The notes beneath the pieces are model-generated. The model worked only from the letters and a program-made list of their open reading frames with translations. It was not told where the DNA came from and did no database searches. This document shows positions 29,711 to 44,570 of a stretch of 64,000 bases of DNA, piece by piece. The DNA lies in assembly GCA_951406725.2 (NCBI GenBank), contig OX597816.1, forward strand, positions 104,904,001 through 104,968,000. The letters run 5' to 3'. Every line of letters begins with the position of its first letter. Position 1 is the stretch's first letter. The translations under genes were made by a program, and so were the position numbers. The DNA is from Octopus vulgaris. Lineage: Eukaryota.

Positions 29711-29956
29711 TTCATTCCGATCCATTTCTACTTTCTCTCGTTTTCATCACATTCCATCTAACCTCAACACTAAACTTTGTTTTTCTTCTTTCTTTTATTA
29801 TTTTCTTTCTTTTTTTTTTTGTCATTTAAAAACAAATCATCTTGCTTCTAGAATTTCTTATGCCTTCAGTTTTAGTCTCTTCACCATCGCCTCTTTGTCT
29901 TCTCTCTCTATTGTGTGGATTTATGTGTGTGTATGCATATATGTATATGCATATAC

Positions 29957-30008
<52 letters not shown>

Positions 30009-30134
30009 GTATATGCATATACATATATACATACACACACACATAAACGCATTTATGAATATATGTATTTAGATGCATACATACTTATAGATACCTATAT
30101 ATAATATATACATGTGTGCATGCATGTACATTTA

Positions 30135-30200
<66 letters not shown>

Positions 30201-30258
30201 GGTATATTTATGCATACATATGTACATACATACATACATACTTACCTACATATACACA

Positions 30259-30293
<35 letters not shown>

Positions 30294-30547
30294 GCACACA
30301 CTCTCACACACACCTGTGTATATATATATTCTCTTATTCCTTCACTTTACTTTCTCTATCACCTTCTTTTCTGTTTGTCTTTTCGTTTCTTCTTGAAACG
30401 TATATATACGCCTACACTCACTCATACCAACTATCCCATTCCTTTTTCCATTTATATCTCGCTAAATCATATACATATTCATTCTATCTGCCACTATTGC
30501 TCCCGATCTTCTTCCTCTATTTCTATAGCTACAGCTCGCGCTTCCTC

Positions 30548-30631
<84 letters not shown>

Positions 30632-31063
30632 CTTATCAGTATATCTATCTGTCTGTCTGCCTATCTCTCAGTCTATCTATTTCTCTATATATCTATCTAT
30701 TTATTTATCTGTCTATCTGACTGTTTGTCTATCTGTCTGTCTAACTATTTCACCACTTTACAGTCGAAAGGGAATGCAGTATGCCTATTTTTCCAGTCTC
30801 CGCTTTTAGTAACCCACGCTCACGATTACCCTCTTCCTACGTTATTACTCACTTCTCTCTCTTTCCCCTCATTCCCTCACTCTCTCTCCCTCTCCATTTT
30901 CCTCCCTCTGTCCATATATCTTTGCATGTCTCCTTCGTTATGTTCCCCTTTTCGAATGTAATGACAATTACTTCCACACGCTCTCTCAGTGACTTTCACA
31001 ATCTCACACTCCCTAGCTTTTTTACACTTTCTTCCCTTCTTCTCCTTATCCTCTTTCTTATAG

Positions 31064-31162
31064 GTGAAGGCAGAATACACACACTTCCAATTTCTGCTGT
31101 CAGTCAATTGTCACCAATAAACAATGATTGCATTGTCATACTATTGGACCTACACGCTCAAA
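31064..31162 (+). CDS. Candidate phase 1-1 exon (EGRIHTLPISAVSQLSPINNDCIVILLDLHAQ)
   Basis: Long pyrimidine tract plus tag| and |gtaatt; open frame. Confidence 0.15.
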
Positions 31163-33871
31163 GTAATTGTCCAACAGCTTCCATTCAATAAAATGAATTC
31201 ATGCTGCTTGACTACCTAGCTCACTCATATGATTGAATTTATTGCTGAAGATGGTAATCTGAAGATTTTTCGACAATAGAACAAAAGACAAAAACTATTA
31301 TTGGTTGTGCTTAAAACTATTAAAAGCATACCGCTTAATATCTTTAATATAAGTTTGTTGTAATGACACAAGGGCAAATCTTCCAGCATAAAAGGGATAT
31401 TATCGATTTAATAGGCTTCTGAGTATTATTTGTACTTATTATAGAGACCTCGATAAAAGTGGATGCTTCTTGTGAAATGTGAACTTGAAAAATGCCTATG
31501 TAAAAGCGAAACGGAATACTTCAGAAATTTGATTTTATGCCTCAGTAAGAAATCAATGTTAAAATAATTGATGAATATATTAAGACATTTCCACGTATGA
31601 TTCGGTATGTTTGTGGCGTAACAAAACAAATAATCGTCGTAGTTATATCATATATGGCAAACCTGTAACGAACCAGTGAGGAAACTTTTAAAATGGTCGC
31701 TAAACCTAATAAAAAAAAAACACCCAAGTGTCGCTGAAATCACGCCCTACAGCCTTAAAAAGTGCAGTAGTCATAGCTGAGACATTTCTTACTCTAGTGC
31801 GACAAACTCAGAATTAATGAGAAGGTAATAACGTATAGAAACAGTGGCTCCAAACATTTTAAGGTTTCGAAAATTATTGACAGTTAGACTTTTCTATTAA
31901 CAGAGTAATTAAGAGAATTAATACTGTTTGTGTTCTTTCAAAATGTATTTTGGTTAGAATAATTCTGATGCTGTGATACAAAAGGATTTAGACACTTTGC
32001 TGTAGAGTTGAATGAATTACAAGTTTCTAATCTTTTTAGTGATGGGTAAACTAAGAATGAACGTTTTCTTAGGAGATATTTTCTTGTTTCCTATTTCGTT
32101 CACACAGTGAGTTTGTGTTGGTTTGTGTTGATACACAAAGTAAATATTTGATTCGAATATCTACACAAATATTTACGCTTTTAGTGTAAACACATTTAAT
32201 AATCTGTATTTCATGAATAAATAATAGGTGCTACTTCTACTATAATTCCATTCGCATCCGTGATATATTATAGAAATAAACATTGACTTGACTCCGTATA
32301 TTATTCTACCAACCTCAGTGGGATCAATGGCGGAGACGTTTGTTGACATTACTAAATTTAGCATTATCAATTATATTTAAGTCATTTACAAATGGAGTAC
32401 AAATGGAGTTCGGTAAAAACAATCTCCTAGCATAATTCCATTCATATCTAGGATACATTTTATTATAGAAATCAACCTAATACTTCACAGATACTTTATT
32501 TTATCGATTCTAGAAGAATGAAAGGCAAAGTTGGGTTTCAACTCAGAACGTTGAGAGCAGTAACTAAATATCACAAGGAATAACACTCATCAATGCAACC
32601 ACATTGTTTCACTTTATATGTACTACTTTCATTTATACCCAGTCATTGTTAGTTAAGGTTAGCTTCAATCTCCTCTACTAAAAGTAGAAACCAAACCTCC
32701 CTGAAATCTTACTTGTTCATCTAAAGACATGGAAAACAGCGTGAGTTTAGATGCAATATATCTAAAAATAAATATCAGATGGTCATAGTTAGAACGCTTT
32801 TAATGATATATATATATATATACTCGAAAAGGGCTGGCCTGAGGATAAATACCACTAATATAATCAGCAACAACGAGCCAATGAAGGAAACTCTTGGTTG
32901 CTTAGCCTGCAAGAAAAAGCACTGAAATCTCTCGTCTTATAAAAGGACACATTGAATGATGCCTAGTGTACATTATTTCACACGAGAAAAGGTGTTACAA
33001 TCAAGATGGGAATGGGCTTTTATTACAGGTATGTCTTCCCTATCAGTGCAGTCCTTGGATTAAACAACAGCGACTGCCCTTACCTCTCAACAGAACTGTG
33101 ACAAATCTATCTTATCTAGTTTTTACCGTAACAACAACAAAGAGGAGATTTACATGTATCAACAGGTAACAACATGAAGCGAAATACGTACAGCTAATAT
33201 GTTGAAGAAACTGTAATTCAACTAACTTCGGAAATACCCTGGGAAGGAAAAACTCCAAACTTTTAAAACATTAAATAAATCTGAAAAATTGCTTTGTTTT
33301 TCTGTGACAGCATGGTTTCACTGGATACAGAGGATGAAAGTTGATATAGGTGTTGGTTTGTCTTCGGTTTTCTGGATTTTAAAACAAGAAGCACCAGGAT
33401 GGGTTGCATAGAGATGTCATTCTGATTTAAGTTCAAAATGATATGAAATATTGTACGCAAAGTATCTACATTGCATGAAGTCTCATTTAGTGCCAAGAAC
33501 GCTGGAAAATCCAACAACTATTATGCATTATACGTCAAAAACTGTTTGTAATGCGAGAATTTGACGTGTCAAAATGCCAGTGTAATTCAAGAGATTTCGG
33601 AATAAATTAAAGCAAAAAAACAAAACAAAAAAAGCTTCCTAAGATGTTTTGAAGGATGTCCAAAATTTTATGAATTAATGAATATGAAGTAATACTAGAA
33701 TGATTGAGAAAAGAAAGAAAGATTTCTTTGAAAATTATCATCTAATCACACTGACCTCAGCTCAGATCTGTGTTCCAGGCCGTTGCCTATTCTATCAGTG
33801 TTACGATATCTTACCTACATACATTATATGTATATAAAAAGTGATTGAAATAATATACCGTATAAATATGC

Positions 33872-33980
<109 letters not shown>

Positions 33981-34395
33981 TGCTTCTTTATTAGCCACAC
34001 AGGGCTGAACACAAACAGGACAAATTACAAAGTAGAGCTTTTCTTTTGGGGGAGAAAAAAAATAAAAATAAAGTGGGGTAAGTTTTCGATCAAAAGGGAT
34101 CGTAAAAAGGAAAGAATTAAAATGAAAAAAAAAGATCAATAGGGATCGTGTATCACAGAAATGTCATGATGTAAAGTGTAAAGGGGGAAGCAGATAAGGT
34201 TTATCCGTGGAAAGAAAAGCCTACGGAAAAGACCACGGTAGCCTCGGTCAATAATGTCACATGTTAACACATTAATTTGCGAGTAAGTAACTCTCTGTTT
34301 TAAGAAGTTGATGAGAGATTGACCAGAGAGGAAAGTGCTTGTCTCTAATCCTTTCAGACGCATCCACCAGATACATTCTTTCGCCATAGCCACAA
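33981..34395 (-). mobile_element. 3' end of L1/Tx1-like LINE running into (TATC)n
   Basis: VAMAKECIWWMRLKG resembles L1/Tx1 C-terminal AKxxIWxxR; the UTR ends AATAAAGAAGC followed by (TATC)n. Confidence 0.55.
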
Positions 34396-34647
34396 GTATG
34401 ATGAAAATTTATGCAAGAAATTATAGGCACGCAGGAATATGATGTTTTTAAATCACATTATGGAAGATCTACAGACGAATCGATTAGAGTTTTAATGCTC
34501 AGTGCGTCCATATAAGTTAATTAGTGTGTTTGATTTTTATATATTTATTTATTAACTCGTTTACATATATATACATGTGTGTATGTACTAACGTATTTGT
34601 ATGCATATATGTATGCACTTAAATCGTTATTAACGTATATCCATATA

Positions 34648-35050
34648 GGTGCATGAGTGGCTGTGTGGTACGTAGCTTGCTTATCAACCTCATGGTTACG
34701 GGTTCAGTCCCACCGCGTGGCACCTTGGGCAAGTGTCTTCTACTATAGCCTCGGGCCACAAAATCCTTGTGAGTGGATTTAGTAGAGGGCAACTGAAAGA
34801 AACCCATCGTATATGTGTGTGTGAATGTATGTATATGCTTGTGTGTCTGCCTTAGCCACCCCCCATTATCGCTTAAAAACCAACGTTGGTGTGTTTACGT
34901 CCCCGTAACTTAGCGGTTTGGTAAAAGCGACCGATAGAATAAGTACTAGATTCACAAAGAGTAAGTTCCGGGGTCGATTTGTTCGACTAAAAAGGCGGTG
35001 CTCCAGCATGGCCGCAGTCACATGACTGAAACAATAAAAAAAAAAAGAAA
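34648..35050 (+). mobile_element. SINE family B, full length
   Basis: Head GGTGCATGAGTGGCTGTGTGG..GGTTCAGTCCC, core and tail all present. Confidence 0.9.
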
Positions 35051-35384
35051 ATAAAGGAATATATATGTATGGGATGATGGTGTCACTCTTAAGCCGAGAA
35101 AGATGGCTCTTCCATTTGTTGCTGAACAAGCTGCAGAAATGTTTTGTTTATAGTTATCAAATGTTTGTGTTGTGCATTTGCTCAGTCTCTCCGTTAAATT
35201 GATGTTTGCCAGACTAATTGCACGGTGTACTACACGCTGGATGCAGAAGCGATCGCAGAGCAACGTGAGAGAAATGTATCGCTGAAAAGCAGAATGAACC
35301 ATCCGGTCCTGGAATTCAAAGCATGAATTGAAAGTACGATCATAAGTGCAAACCCTAAAAATTAGACAATGCGCCCTCACATGT

Positions 35385-35876
35385 CTTTTATCTTGTATCT
35401 TTTACTTGTTTCAGTCACTAGACTGCGGTAATGCTGCGGTATCTCCTTGAACTCTTAGTCGAATGAATCGACCCCAGTACTTCTTTTGTTTTTTTGTTTT
35501 TTTAAGAAGTGGTACTTATTCTGTCGGTCTCTTTTGCCGAACCAATAAGGGGACACAAACACGCCCACACCGGTTGTTAAGAGGTGGTAGTGGGACAAAC
35601 ACAGACACACACACACACATATATATATACATATATATATATATTGATCAAAATAAAAACATGATGCCAAGGATTCAGCGGTACATATGTTTCGGGCCTT
35701 TATTAGACAGATTTATAACAATGCATAATGTATGTCTGTTGCCTTCTTCAGCCGCGTACAACAACTTCCACAAGGACATGTGTTACATCAAAAATTCTTG
35801 GTTGGGGATGCAAATCCTCTCATTCGCGTGCGACATAATGCGGCAACAGCATAGAATTGAAGCGTCCATCTCTTTC

Positions 35877-35945
<69 letters not shown>

Positions 35946-35948
35946 AAG

Positions 35949-36019
<71 letters not shown>

Positions 36020-36185
36020 AGACGGATTTCTTTCAGTTTCCGTCTACCAAATCCACTCAAAAGGCTTTGGTCGGCTCGAGGCAATAGTAGAAGACACTTG
36101 CCCAAGGTGCCACACAGTGCGACTGAACTCGGAACTATGTGGTTGAAAAGCAAGCTTCTTACCAAGCAGCCACACCTTCACCTCT
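35385..36185 (-). mobile_element. SINE family B split by an insertion in its internal microsatellite
   Basis: 3' half at 35385-35640, 5' half at 36020-36185; foreign insert at 35645-35880. Confidence 0.8.
35678..35755 (-). ncRNA. Type-I hammerhead ribozyme motif, intact core
   Basis: gcgg-CTGAAGA-aggc..acaga[loop]tctgt..ggccc-GAAA-catatg-TA-ccgc; stem I gcgg/ccgc is perfect. Confidence 0.75.
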
Positions 36186-36200
36186 TAACACACAGCCTCA

Positions 36201-36250
<50 letters not shown>

Positions 36251-36484
36251 TGCGTGTTGTACATATATTCCTGTTTGTACAAATATGTATGCGTCTGCTA
36301 ACAGTAACATCCATGTTTTGGTTCGTTTCATATATTTTTTTTACGTATTTCCATACATATGTTTATATATGTATTTGTGTTTAATTCCATACAGTCTGTT
36401 TCTGCGGCTGTCTTGTTTCCTAATTCTATGTAAAATATTTCCTGTCTTTATGCGTATGCCTGTACGTAGATGTATACGTATGTA

Positions 36485-36528
<44 letters not shown>

Positions 36529-37424
36529 TTCTTACCTACCTATCTATCTTTTTCTTTCTCCCTCCTTCTATATAATATAATATAAATATATGTATATGTG
36601 TGCATATAAAAACTGGTTGCATCTGTGTCCTGGCGATCGCATGTATTTGTTATGTTCACCATATTCGCTAGGCATCTTGTCTCAGACTAACTTCCGATGC
36701 AATTTATTTTCTTTTCCTCTTACCGTATACTTCCTACCTGCACTTCCTACCTACTCTTCAAGTTGACTTTCTTCAAAAAACACTGAAATTCATTACATGT
36801 TCGTTCTTCGATTATGTTACTTTAGGAATATTTCTTTTCTCCAGTTATTCGCTCTATAAGAAACTTCTAGAATTATTAATTTGAAACTTTCTGTACACTG
36901 GTAAGCGTTCTTTCAAGACCAACAATTTCATTTAACCATTTAATAACCATTTTATTTTTTCCCACATACTTAATGGGATTTGGATTACTTTTATTCCGCT
37001 GATCTTTCCATTATATTGGATCTTGAAATTTTCTATCATTGTACTCAATAGTTAGACAGATATTTTTCACTTCTTTTAAAAATATATGTATATTTTTTCG
37101 AGTAGTTTCAGTGCCAGAGAAGTGCTTCCAAATAACATTCATGTTAGCTACCAATTTCAATTAAGCGTCTCACACTTTCGGACCATTTTAGTGTATGCAT
37201 GTATATTTATGTATATTCATAGCGGGTGCTGCATCGTCGATCATGTGACTAACACAGATTTCGAAACAGCTCTCAAGAAATGGATTAAACATTTGTTGTC
37301 TCACTTCTCTTCTCTTATCTGTGATATATATATATATATATACACGCAGACATATATACATACATATACATATATATATATATAAAACCAATTAATTAAT
37401 AATTTTACCAAGTAGATCGGTACG

Positions 37425-37466
<42 letters not shown>

Positions 37467-37469
37467 CAT

Positions 37470-37736
<267 letters not shown>

Positions 37737-37897
37737 CGGCTGTGTGTGATTGTGTATAGAAGAATATATTAATAAAAGGAATTCCAGCCTTGTCTGATTT
37801 TCACGTTTTATTTACAATCTTATAATGATATAATATAAGATAATATAATATAATAAAATAAAATAAAATAATAGAATGTTAAATGTTCATTCTGATT

Positions 37898-37940
37898 GAA
37901 CTAGTACTTTCATGCATTAAATTATGCAATCTTCAGGCTC
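37898..37940 (-). ncRNA. Minimal type-I hammerhead, intact core
   Basis: gagc-CTGAAGA-t-tgcat/aattta/atgca-t-GAAA-gtac-TA-gttc. Confidence 0.75.
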
Positions 37941-38589
37941 ATGTAGTAGTGGTAACAGTCATGGTTAAATCTGTGCCTTAAATACACCTGTGGAGGCTCC
38001 AGATTGCTAGGTTTTGCAAACTGTATTCTGACCAATCAGTGTGTAGCATCACTCATTTACTTAAGCTGATTGCTTTAGGCGTCACGCTTTGTTGAACATG
38101 TCAAAAGTCCTGTATCTTAACCCTGGCCGAGGCAGCAATTGTTGGGCTATTTTTAGAAATGTTGTAAATAGCCTTTGTCAGGGAGTTTTATATTTCAATT
38201 GTCATCATCATCATTGTCAGCACCTTAATCATTGTTGCTAGTGGTGATGGTGGTGGCAATAGAACTTTTAACCCTAAATAAGATAATTATCCTGCTATCT
38301 TCATCTTGATCACCTTTAGTATTGTTGTTGTTGTTAGTGGTCATGGTCGTAGCAATAAATAAACACAAAAACCGGGAAAATATTTACAAACGCGATTATG
38401 AACTGCAAAAGCAGAAATTTTATTTACTGCATCAAATGCCCAAATTGTGAAGAAATATATGTAGGTCAGACGGGAAATGCACTATCAGAACGCTCACGTG
38501 TACACCGACAACAGATTAGAGACCCAGAGGTCCGTCAGATACCTTTGAGTAACCACCTAGCAACATGTGGTCGGAAAATATATATAATT

Positions 38590-38820
38590 AGGGCGGCGAG
38601 TTGGCAGAAACGTTAGCGCGCCGGGCGAAATGCTTGGCGGGATTTCGTCTGTCGTTACGTTCTGAGTTCAAATTCCGCCGAGGTCGACTTTGCCTTTCAT
38701 CCTTTCGGGGTCGATAAATAAAGTACCAGTTTCGTACTGGGGTCGATGTAATCGACTTAATCCGTTTGTCTGTCCTTGTTTGTCCCTTCTATGTTTAGCC
38801 CCTTGTGGGCAGTAAAGAAA
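38590..38820 (+). mobile_element. Young SINE family A copy with 13-bp TSD
   Basis: TSD aaatatatataat at 38576-38588 and 38818-38830. Confidence 0.9.
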
Positions 38821-39042
38821 TATATATAATATTTCCATTCTACAAATTACACAGCCCAAGTGAAATCGAGAGGAAAATCAGAGAAAAGAATTTTATTGAT
38901 AAATTCGAACCCAAGCTAAATAAGCAATAATAATAATACTTAGAGGTACTACTTCTACTGCTACGACCATGACCGCTAATATTATAGCATTATAAGATTG
39001 TAAATAAAACGTGGAAATTAGACAAGGTTGGAATTCCTTTTA

Positions 39043-39120
<78 letters not shown>

Positions 39121-39284
39121 AAATAGTAAAGGATTATCAAGCCGAACAAGATACGTCATAAGCTCTCTCTTGTCACACCAGGCTAACAATATTACTTAGA
39201 TTAGTGAAGAACTCCAAGTAATCTTTTGGTAGGGTCCAAAATTATGGTTCATCTCAATTCTATATTTTAAATCCATGGATGGAC

Positions 39285-39623
39285 TTAAAAAATAATGTTC
39301 ATTACGTATAATTCCTTTTTTAGAGCAAATTTGGCTTACATGTGTTTCCAGTGCTCATTATAGATAGGTTTGATCAATTGGTCTGTTGATCAAATAAGGT
39401 AAATTGAACGATCTAAGAAAATTAATGCTATTTCATCGGAGCCATTGCAGGAAATAATAAGCTGAACACTTGAAGAATGGCTCAATAGACATTCTTCTAC
39501 TCGTTCAATTTACCTCAAGTGATCAATAGACCAATTGAGTAAACCTATCTATAATGACTACTGGAACTATAAGCCAAATTTGCTCTAATAAAGGAATTAT
39601 ATGTAATGACCATTATTTTTTAA
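39285..39623. repeat. Fold-back with ~125 bp inverted arms (probably PLE pLTR-derived)
   Basis: 39285-39411 is inverted to 39501-39623. Confidence 0.85.
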
Positions 39624-40317
39624 CTTGTCTCTTATATATGTGTGTGTGAGTGTGAGTGTGTGTGCGTATGTGTGTTTATATATGTCTGTGCTGTTTTTAT
39701 TAACTAGGTGCAAGAATCGGTGATGTCTCAAAAAGAGTAACTTAGCCTTTCAATAATGATTGCTAAAATAAAACATCTGTCTGGAATAACACTAGCCTTG
39801 ACATAGTTCACTATAACCCCTTAAAATCAATACCCTAATATGTAAGAATAAACTGGAGAAAAATAAGAAAACGAATATGCACTTTGCTTTTGAAGCCATC
39901 AATCCAATAAAATATTTCTGTCGAATGTAATCATTTGTAAAATATCGTCATCTTGAATGACATAAAATATAAGTGAACCAAGTTGCTACATATCAGATTC
40001 TACAAGAGAAATCGTGATGTTTCCCTCAACTAATGTACAACCCTTGCCACCCACGTTTGAATTCGTCATTTATGAATCTTCAACTCTTCTTCGACAATGA
40101 ACGTTGATATAAATCTTAACCAAAGAATACGCAAAAACGTGTTCGCTTGTCTGTTTTTAATATTCTATATAACTCCATTCAGTCGTTTATGACAAAGAAT
40201 ATTCATGAGCAAAGAAATAAATCGATTATGTCGTGAGACTTTATAGAAGATTTCACATAAAGTTTCCAGTAATAATATTCATAATAATGAGAATAGCGAC
40301 GTAATAAAAACGAGTAT

Positions 40318-40586
<269 letters not shown>

Positions 40587-40818
40587 TCGTTCCTTATAAA
40601 CGACAAGGGTCCAAAGACACACACTAACAACCGTGTCATTGAAAAAGTGACAAGTGGAAAAAGTGATTGCGTGAGATATGTGTGCGTGTGTTTGCATGCA
40701 TGCATCTAAATATGTATGTATATGTATGCATGTACGTATCTACCTATTTATATATATAGGTAGATACATACATGCATACATATAAATATATACATATTTA
40801 GATGCATGTATGCTAACA

Positions 40819-40866
<48 letters not shown>

Positions 40867-40962
40867 TATTAGAGACAAAACCACTATTTTGCAAAACAAA
40901 CAAGGAAAGACTTAATCAATACATAAAATTTTAATAAATAGTCAAAAAAACCGCCACTACAT

Positions 40963-41015
<53 letters not shown>

Positions 41016-42112
41016 GAACATATTTCTATGTATGTGTGCACGTATTATGCTTGCCTGCATATGTATGTATGTGTAATAAGTATACAATTGCGCAAAAAGA
41101 CATAATACAATATAGATTGGTTAAAATATTTTTCTGAAATGCAAATACAAATAATTGCCAATGAGACTTAACCAGTGTAGTGAATAACCGCCAACCAGTT
41201 AAGATTAGGAAACCCCTACTACTTTGAAGACTATTCGTTCCAAATATCTTTTATAGAGTGAATTCTCTAAACAAAATGTTCCGAAATAATTACCTCCTTT
41301 TTTGAATCGTAAAAAGACCTTATAATTGTGGTGTGTTGCTTCCACTGTTGATAGCTTCTGTGATAATATTTATCAAACATTTATTATCTAGGATTGCCTC
41401 GTATCCTCCCTCGTGCTCTCCGCAGTTAGTTGAGTATTTTAGTCGTAGTGAATTTTGATGATCAGAATAAGTTGGCTAGGCCTCTTCTTTCATATAATCG
41501 AAAGTGAAGATTAATGACTGTGCAGATGGTGCCTATTCCCGAAAGACATCCATTTTCCTTCTTGCCTTTAGTTTGGAGTATTTTCTCTTTTTTTTTTGCA
41601 TTTAATAGCTGTTCCTTCTCCTGTCTTCATTCTCCATCTCGCCTCTTTACTGTAAGACACTAGGTAATTACTGCTACTCAAAAGTTCTTATCAGTCATAT
41701 GCTGGAGAAGAAACACCCAACTCAGCTTCATGATACTTCTCGGAAACTGGTGCTAGTCTTTCTTGTATCCACTGCAGTCAATCGACAGTACACGGGAAAC
41801 ATTGTTAGTAGCCATGATATTCATCTTTGTTACCTGCAGTTGTTGTCGCTGATGCCTATGATCCGCCCTACTGGCCCCTCTTCTTTTTTTAGATTACTTT
41901 ACCACTTCTTCTGTGCAGAAGTGTCCTTTATCACAAAACGTGTAGCAGCTGAAACTTCTGGTGTGCACCACCAATTTAATTGACCTTTGCACCCCCAATT
42001 GGCAGAACCTCAATGAAGAGATTATTAGAATCTTACTGTCAGACAGGCCTCACGTGACCACATGTTAATGCATGTTCTGTGTGTGTGTGTGTGTGCATGC
42101 ACGCGCGTGTGT

Positions 42113-42148
<36 letters not shown>

Positions 42149-43772
42149 ACTTAGGACCTATCACGTCTGTCCGTGATCTCTGTGTGCAATAAACACCTGT
42201 AAACAGACAGTATCACATTGCATTAACACTAACGGGTGGGCAGAACACACCAATTTTACATGTCACACCACTTCATCCCCACCTTACAATGAAACATATG
42301 TTTTCATATACCATAACCTAGTCCATGTAAAACACGTCCTGGTGTACATCAGGCGAAGCCTTTCCTAACTCCTCTTTCAAGTACATATGGAAACGCCTTC
42401 TGCCTGTTTTTAAACAGCTCTGTCACCTTTTTTCTTATCCTTTATTAGGTCAAGAATCCACTCTTTTGGGACACATCTTGTTCTTTCTTTCCTTTCTTCC
42501 CGGGATTTATGAAGTCAAGTGGCTGCTTTTGTCGTACAACTTTAGGATATAATAATAGGATTTTTCCATTGCTGGTGGCGTTTTCGCTGCTTTTCGTACT
42601 CGTGTATTTTTGTTTTCATTCAAATTAATGTTTCTGCCACCACTCATGTTTGTATGTCTGATAGCGTGTAACTGTCTAAGCTTGACTTTCTACGTACAAG
42701 TTTAATTTTTAAAATTTGGTGGAGGAGTATTTATAGCATTAATACCATCACATTGGTGAGCCTCTCTTACTGTTCTTCTCAAGGAGCCATCTTACAACCC
42801 TTGCAACTATTGCAAATTAATATTTATGAAAAAGATGTGTAACAGTTTAGTAAGTCTAAAGTCAAATCTTTCTTCCATGCAAGTAATGAGAAAGGCTTTC
42901 AAATATTCCGAAAGCGCGTCGTTTTTTTTTTTTTTTTTTGTTTGTTTGTTTTCTTTATGAGATAACCTTGGGAGAGAATATTTTATGGTATGGCTTTGTA
43001 AAACTTAATCGCTCACGGCAAAAGCGGAAAAATAATTATAGATATTTTGAAATTTAAAAAAAAAAGAGAAGCAAATTAATTTATGTATGACTTAATACAT
43101 CGTTTAGGTTTCGTATTTCTTGAGATTGTTCCGCCCCAGATTTTTTAGCAATATCTTTTTTATCTCAGTTCCAAACAATAAGAAGAAACACCATAGCAGC
43201 AGATGTTAACATATCGAATGGAATGTTCCTACAGGAAGAAAGTAAAACAAAGCAAAAAGATATCGACTAACGTGTTTGTTTATGGGAAATAAAATTGGAA
43301 ACATCTAGCATATTTCGTAATATGTTTAAATATTGTTCGGGAGGGTATACTTTACAGATAGCTCTACACTGAATGAAGAGGTATCTAACATAAAAGGAAA
43401 TTAAATTTGCTCTGAGACATTCCTGTTGCATATTTTTTCTTTCTTTCTTGTTACACCAATACATCATCTTTCGTAGGTTCACTCGTTTCTTAGATGTCTC
43501 ACAATGTAGTTTGACAGTCTGTGTATGACAACTTGACAAATACTTAAAAAAAAGTATATCTACATTTAATTAAAGTTTTCTGCTTCTATAAAGTAAATAT
43601 TTTAAAGATATATGTGTGTGTCTTTTTCTCTCTCATTCTCTCTCTTCTTCTTTGTCCCCCTGTTTCTCTTTCTCTCTTTCCCTCTATGTCTCTCTGTCTC
43701 ACTATATATATATATAGAGAGAGAGATACAGACAGACAGAGAGAGAGATACACACACACGCATATATATATG

Positions 43773-43840
<68 letters not shown>

Positions 43841-44403
43841 CATGTATATATATCTATAGACGTAAATGTATATATATAGAAATATACATATATGTATACA
43901 TATATATATATATATATATACATATATGCACACACATACGCGCATATATATATATATATATGTATACATATATATATATACACATATATATATACATAAA
44001 TATATATATATACATATATATATATATACATGTATATATGTTTACAGACGTATATGTATATATATATAGAAATATACATATATATATATACATATATATA
44101 TGCATATATACACGTATATGTACGTATATGTATGTATGTGCGCGTGCGCGTGTATGCGTAACAAAAACATTATCAGCATGGCAAGAAATGTTTATATAGT
44201 AGTACTTTTAATACATAATTTCATTATATAGCTTTATTGTATTTGTTATGCATTTATACTATTTCTACATATTATATTGGTGTATATTTATTTATATTGC
44301 AATAATTTGTGGTACATACTAACCCAGAAACAGTTCAGTACACATATGCAAAACAAGAAACCTCTCAATATATATGTGTGTGTGTGTGTATGTGTGCATG
44401 CGC

Positions 44404-44434
<31 letters not shown>

Positions 44435-44533
44435 CGTGCGTGTGTGTGTATACACTCCAAAATGTAACTACATGTGGGTTGTTGGCGATTTTTTCCTCCC
44501 TCTTCCTTTACTCTTGATCTTACCTCTGTCTCC

Positions 44534-44570
44534 TGTTTCTGAAGAAGAGCTTTGCTCGAAACGTAAAACA
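44534..44570 (+). ncRNA. Canonical PLE-type minimal hammerhead ribozyme
   Basis: tgttt-CTGAAGA-a-gagc/ttt/gctc-GAAA-cg-TA-aaaca; all stems perfect; lies within solo pLTR-like sequence 44480-44675. Confidence 0.85.

Larger units (their letters stand above)
37764..39050 (+). mobile_element. Penelope-like element: inverted pLTR plus GIY-YIG C-terminal coding region
   Basis: 37764-37830 is inverted to 38981-39050; CKSRNFIYCIKCPNCEEIYVGQTG..RVHRQQI continues in frame after SINE removal to RKIREKNFIDKFEPKLNKQ* (38930). Confidence 0.9.

Noticed and set aside
41200-42400. Possible RTE-like RT and Cys-rich relics on the minus strand
   Set aside because: Motifs too decayed to assign
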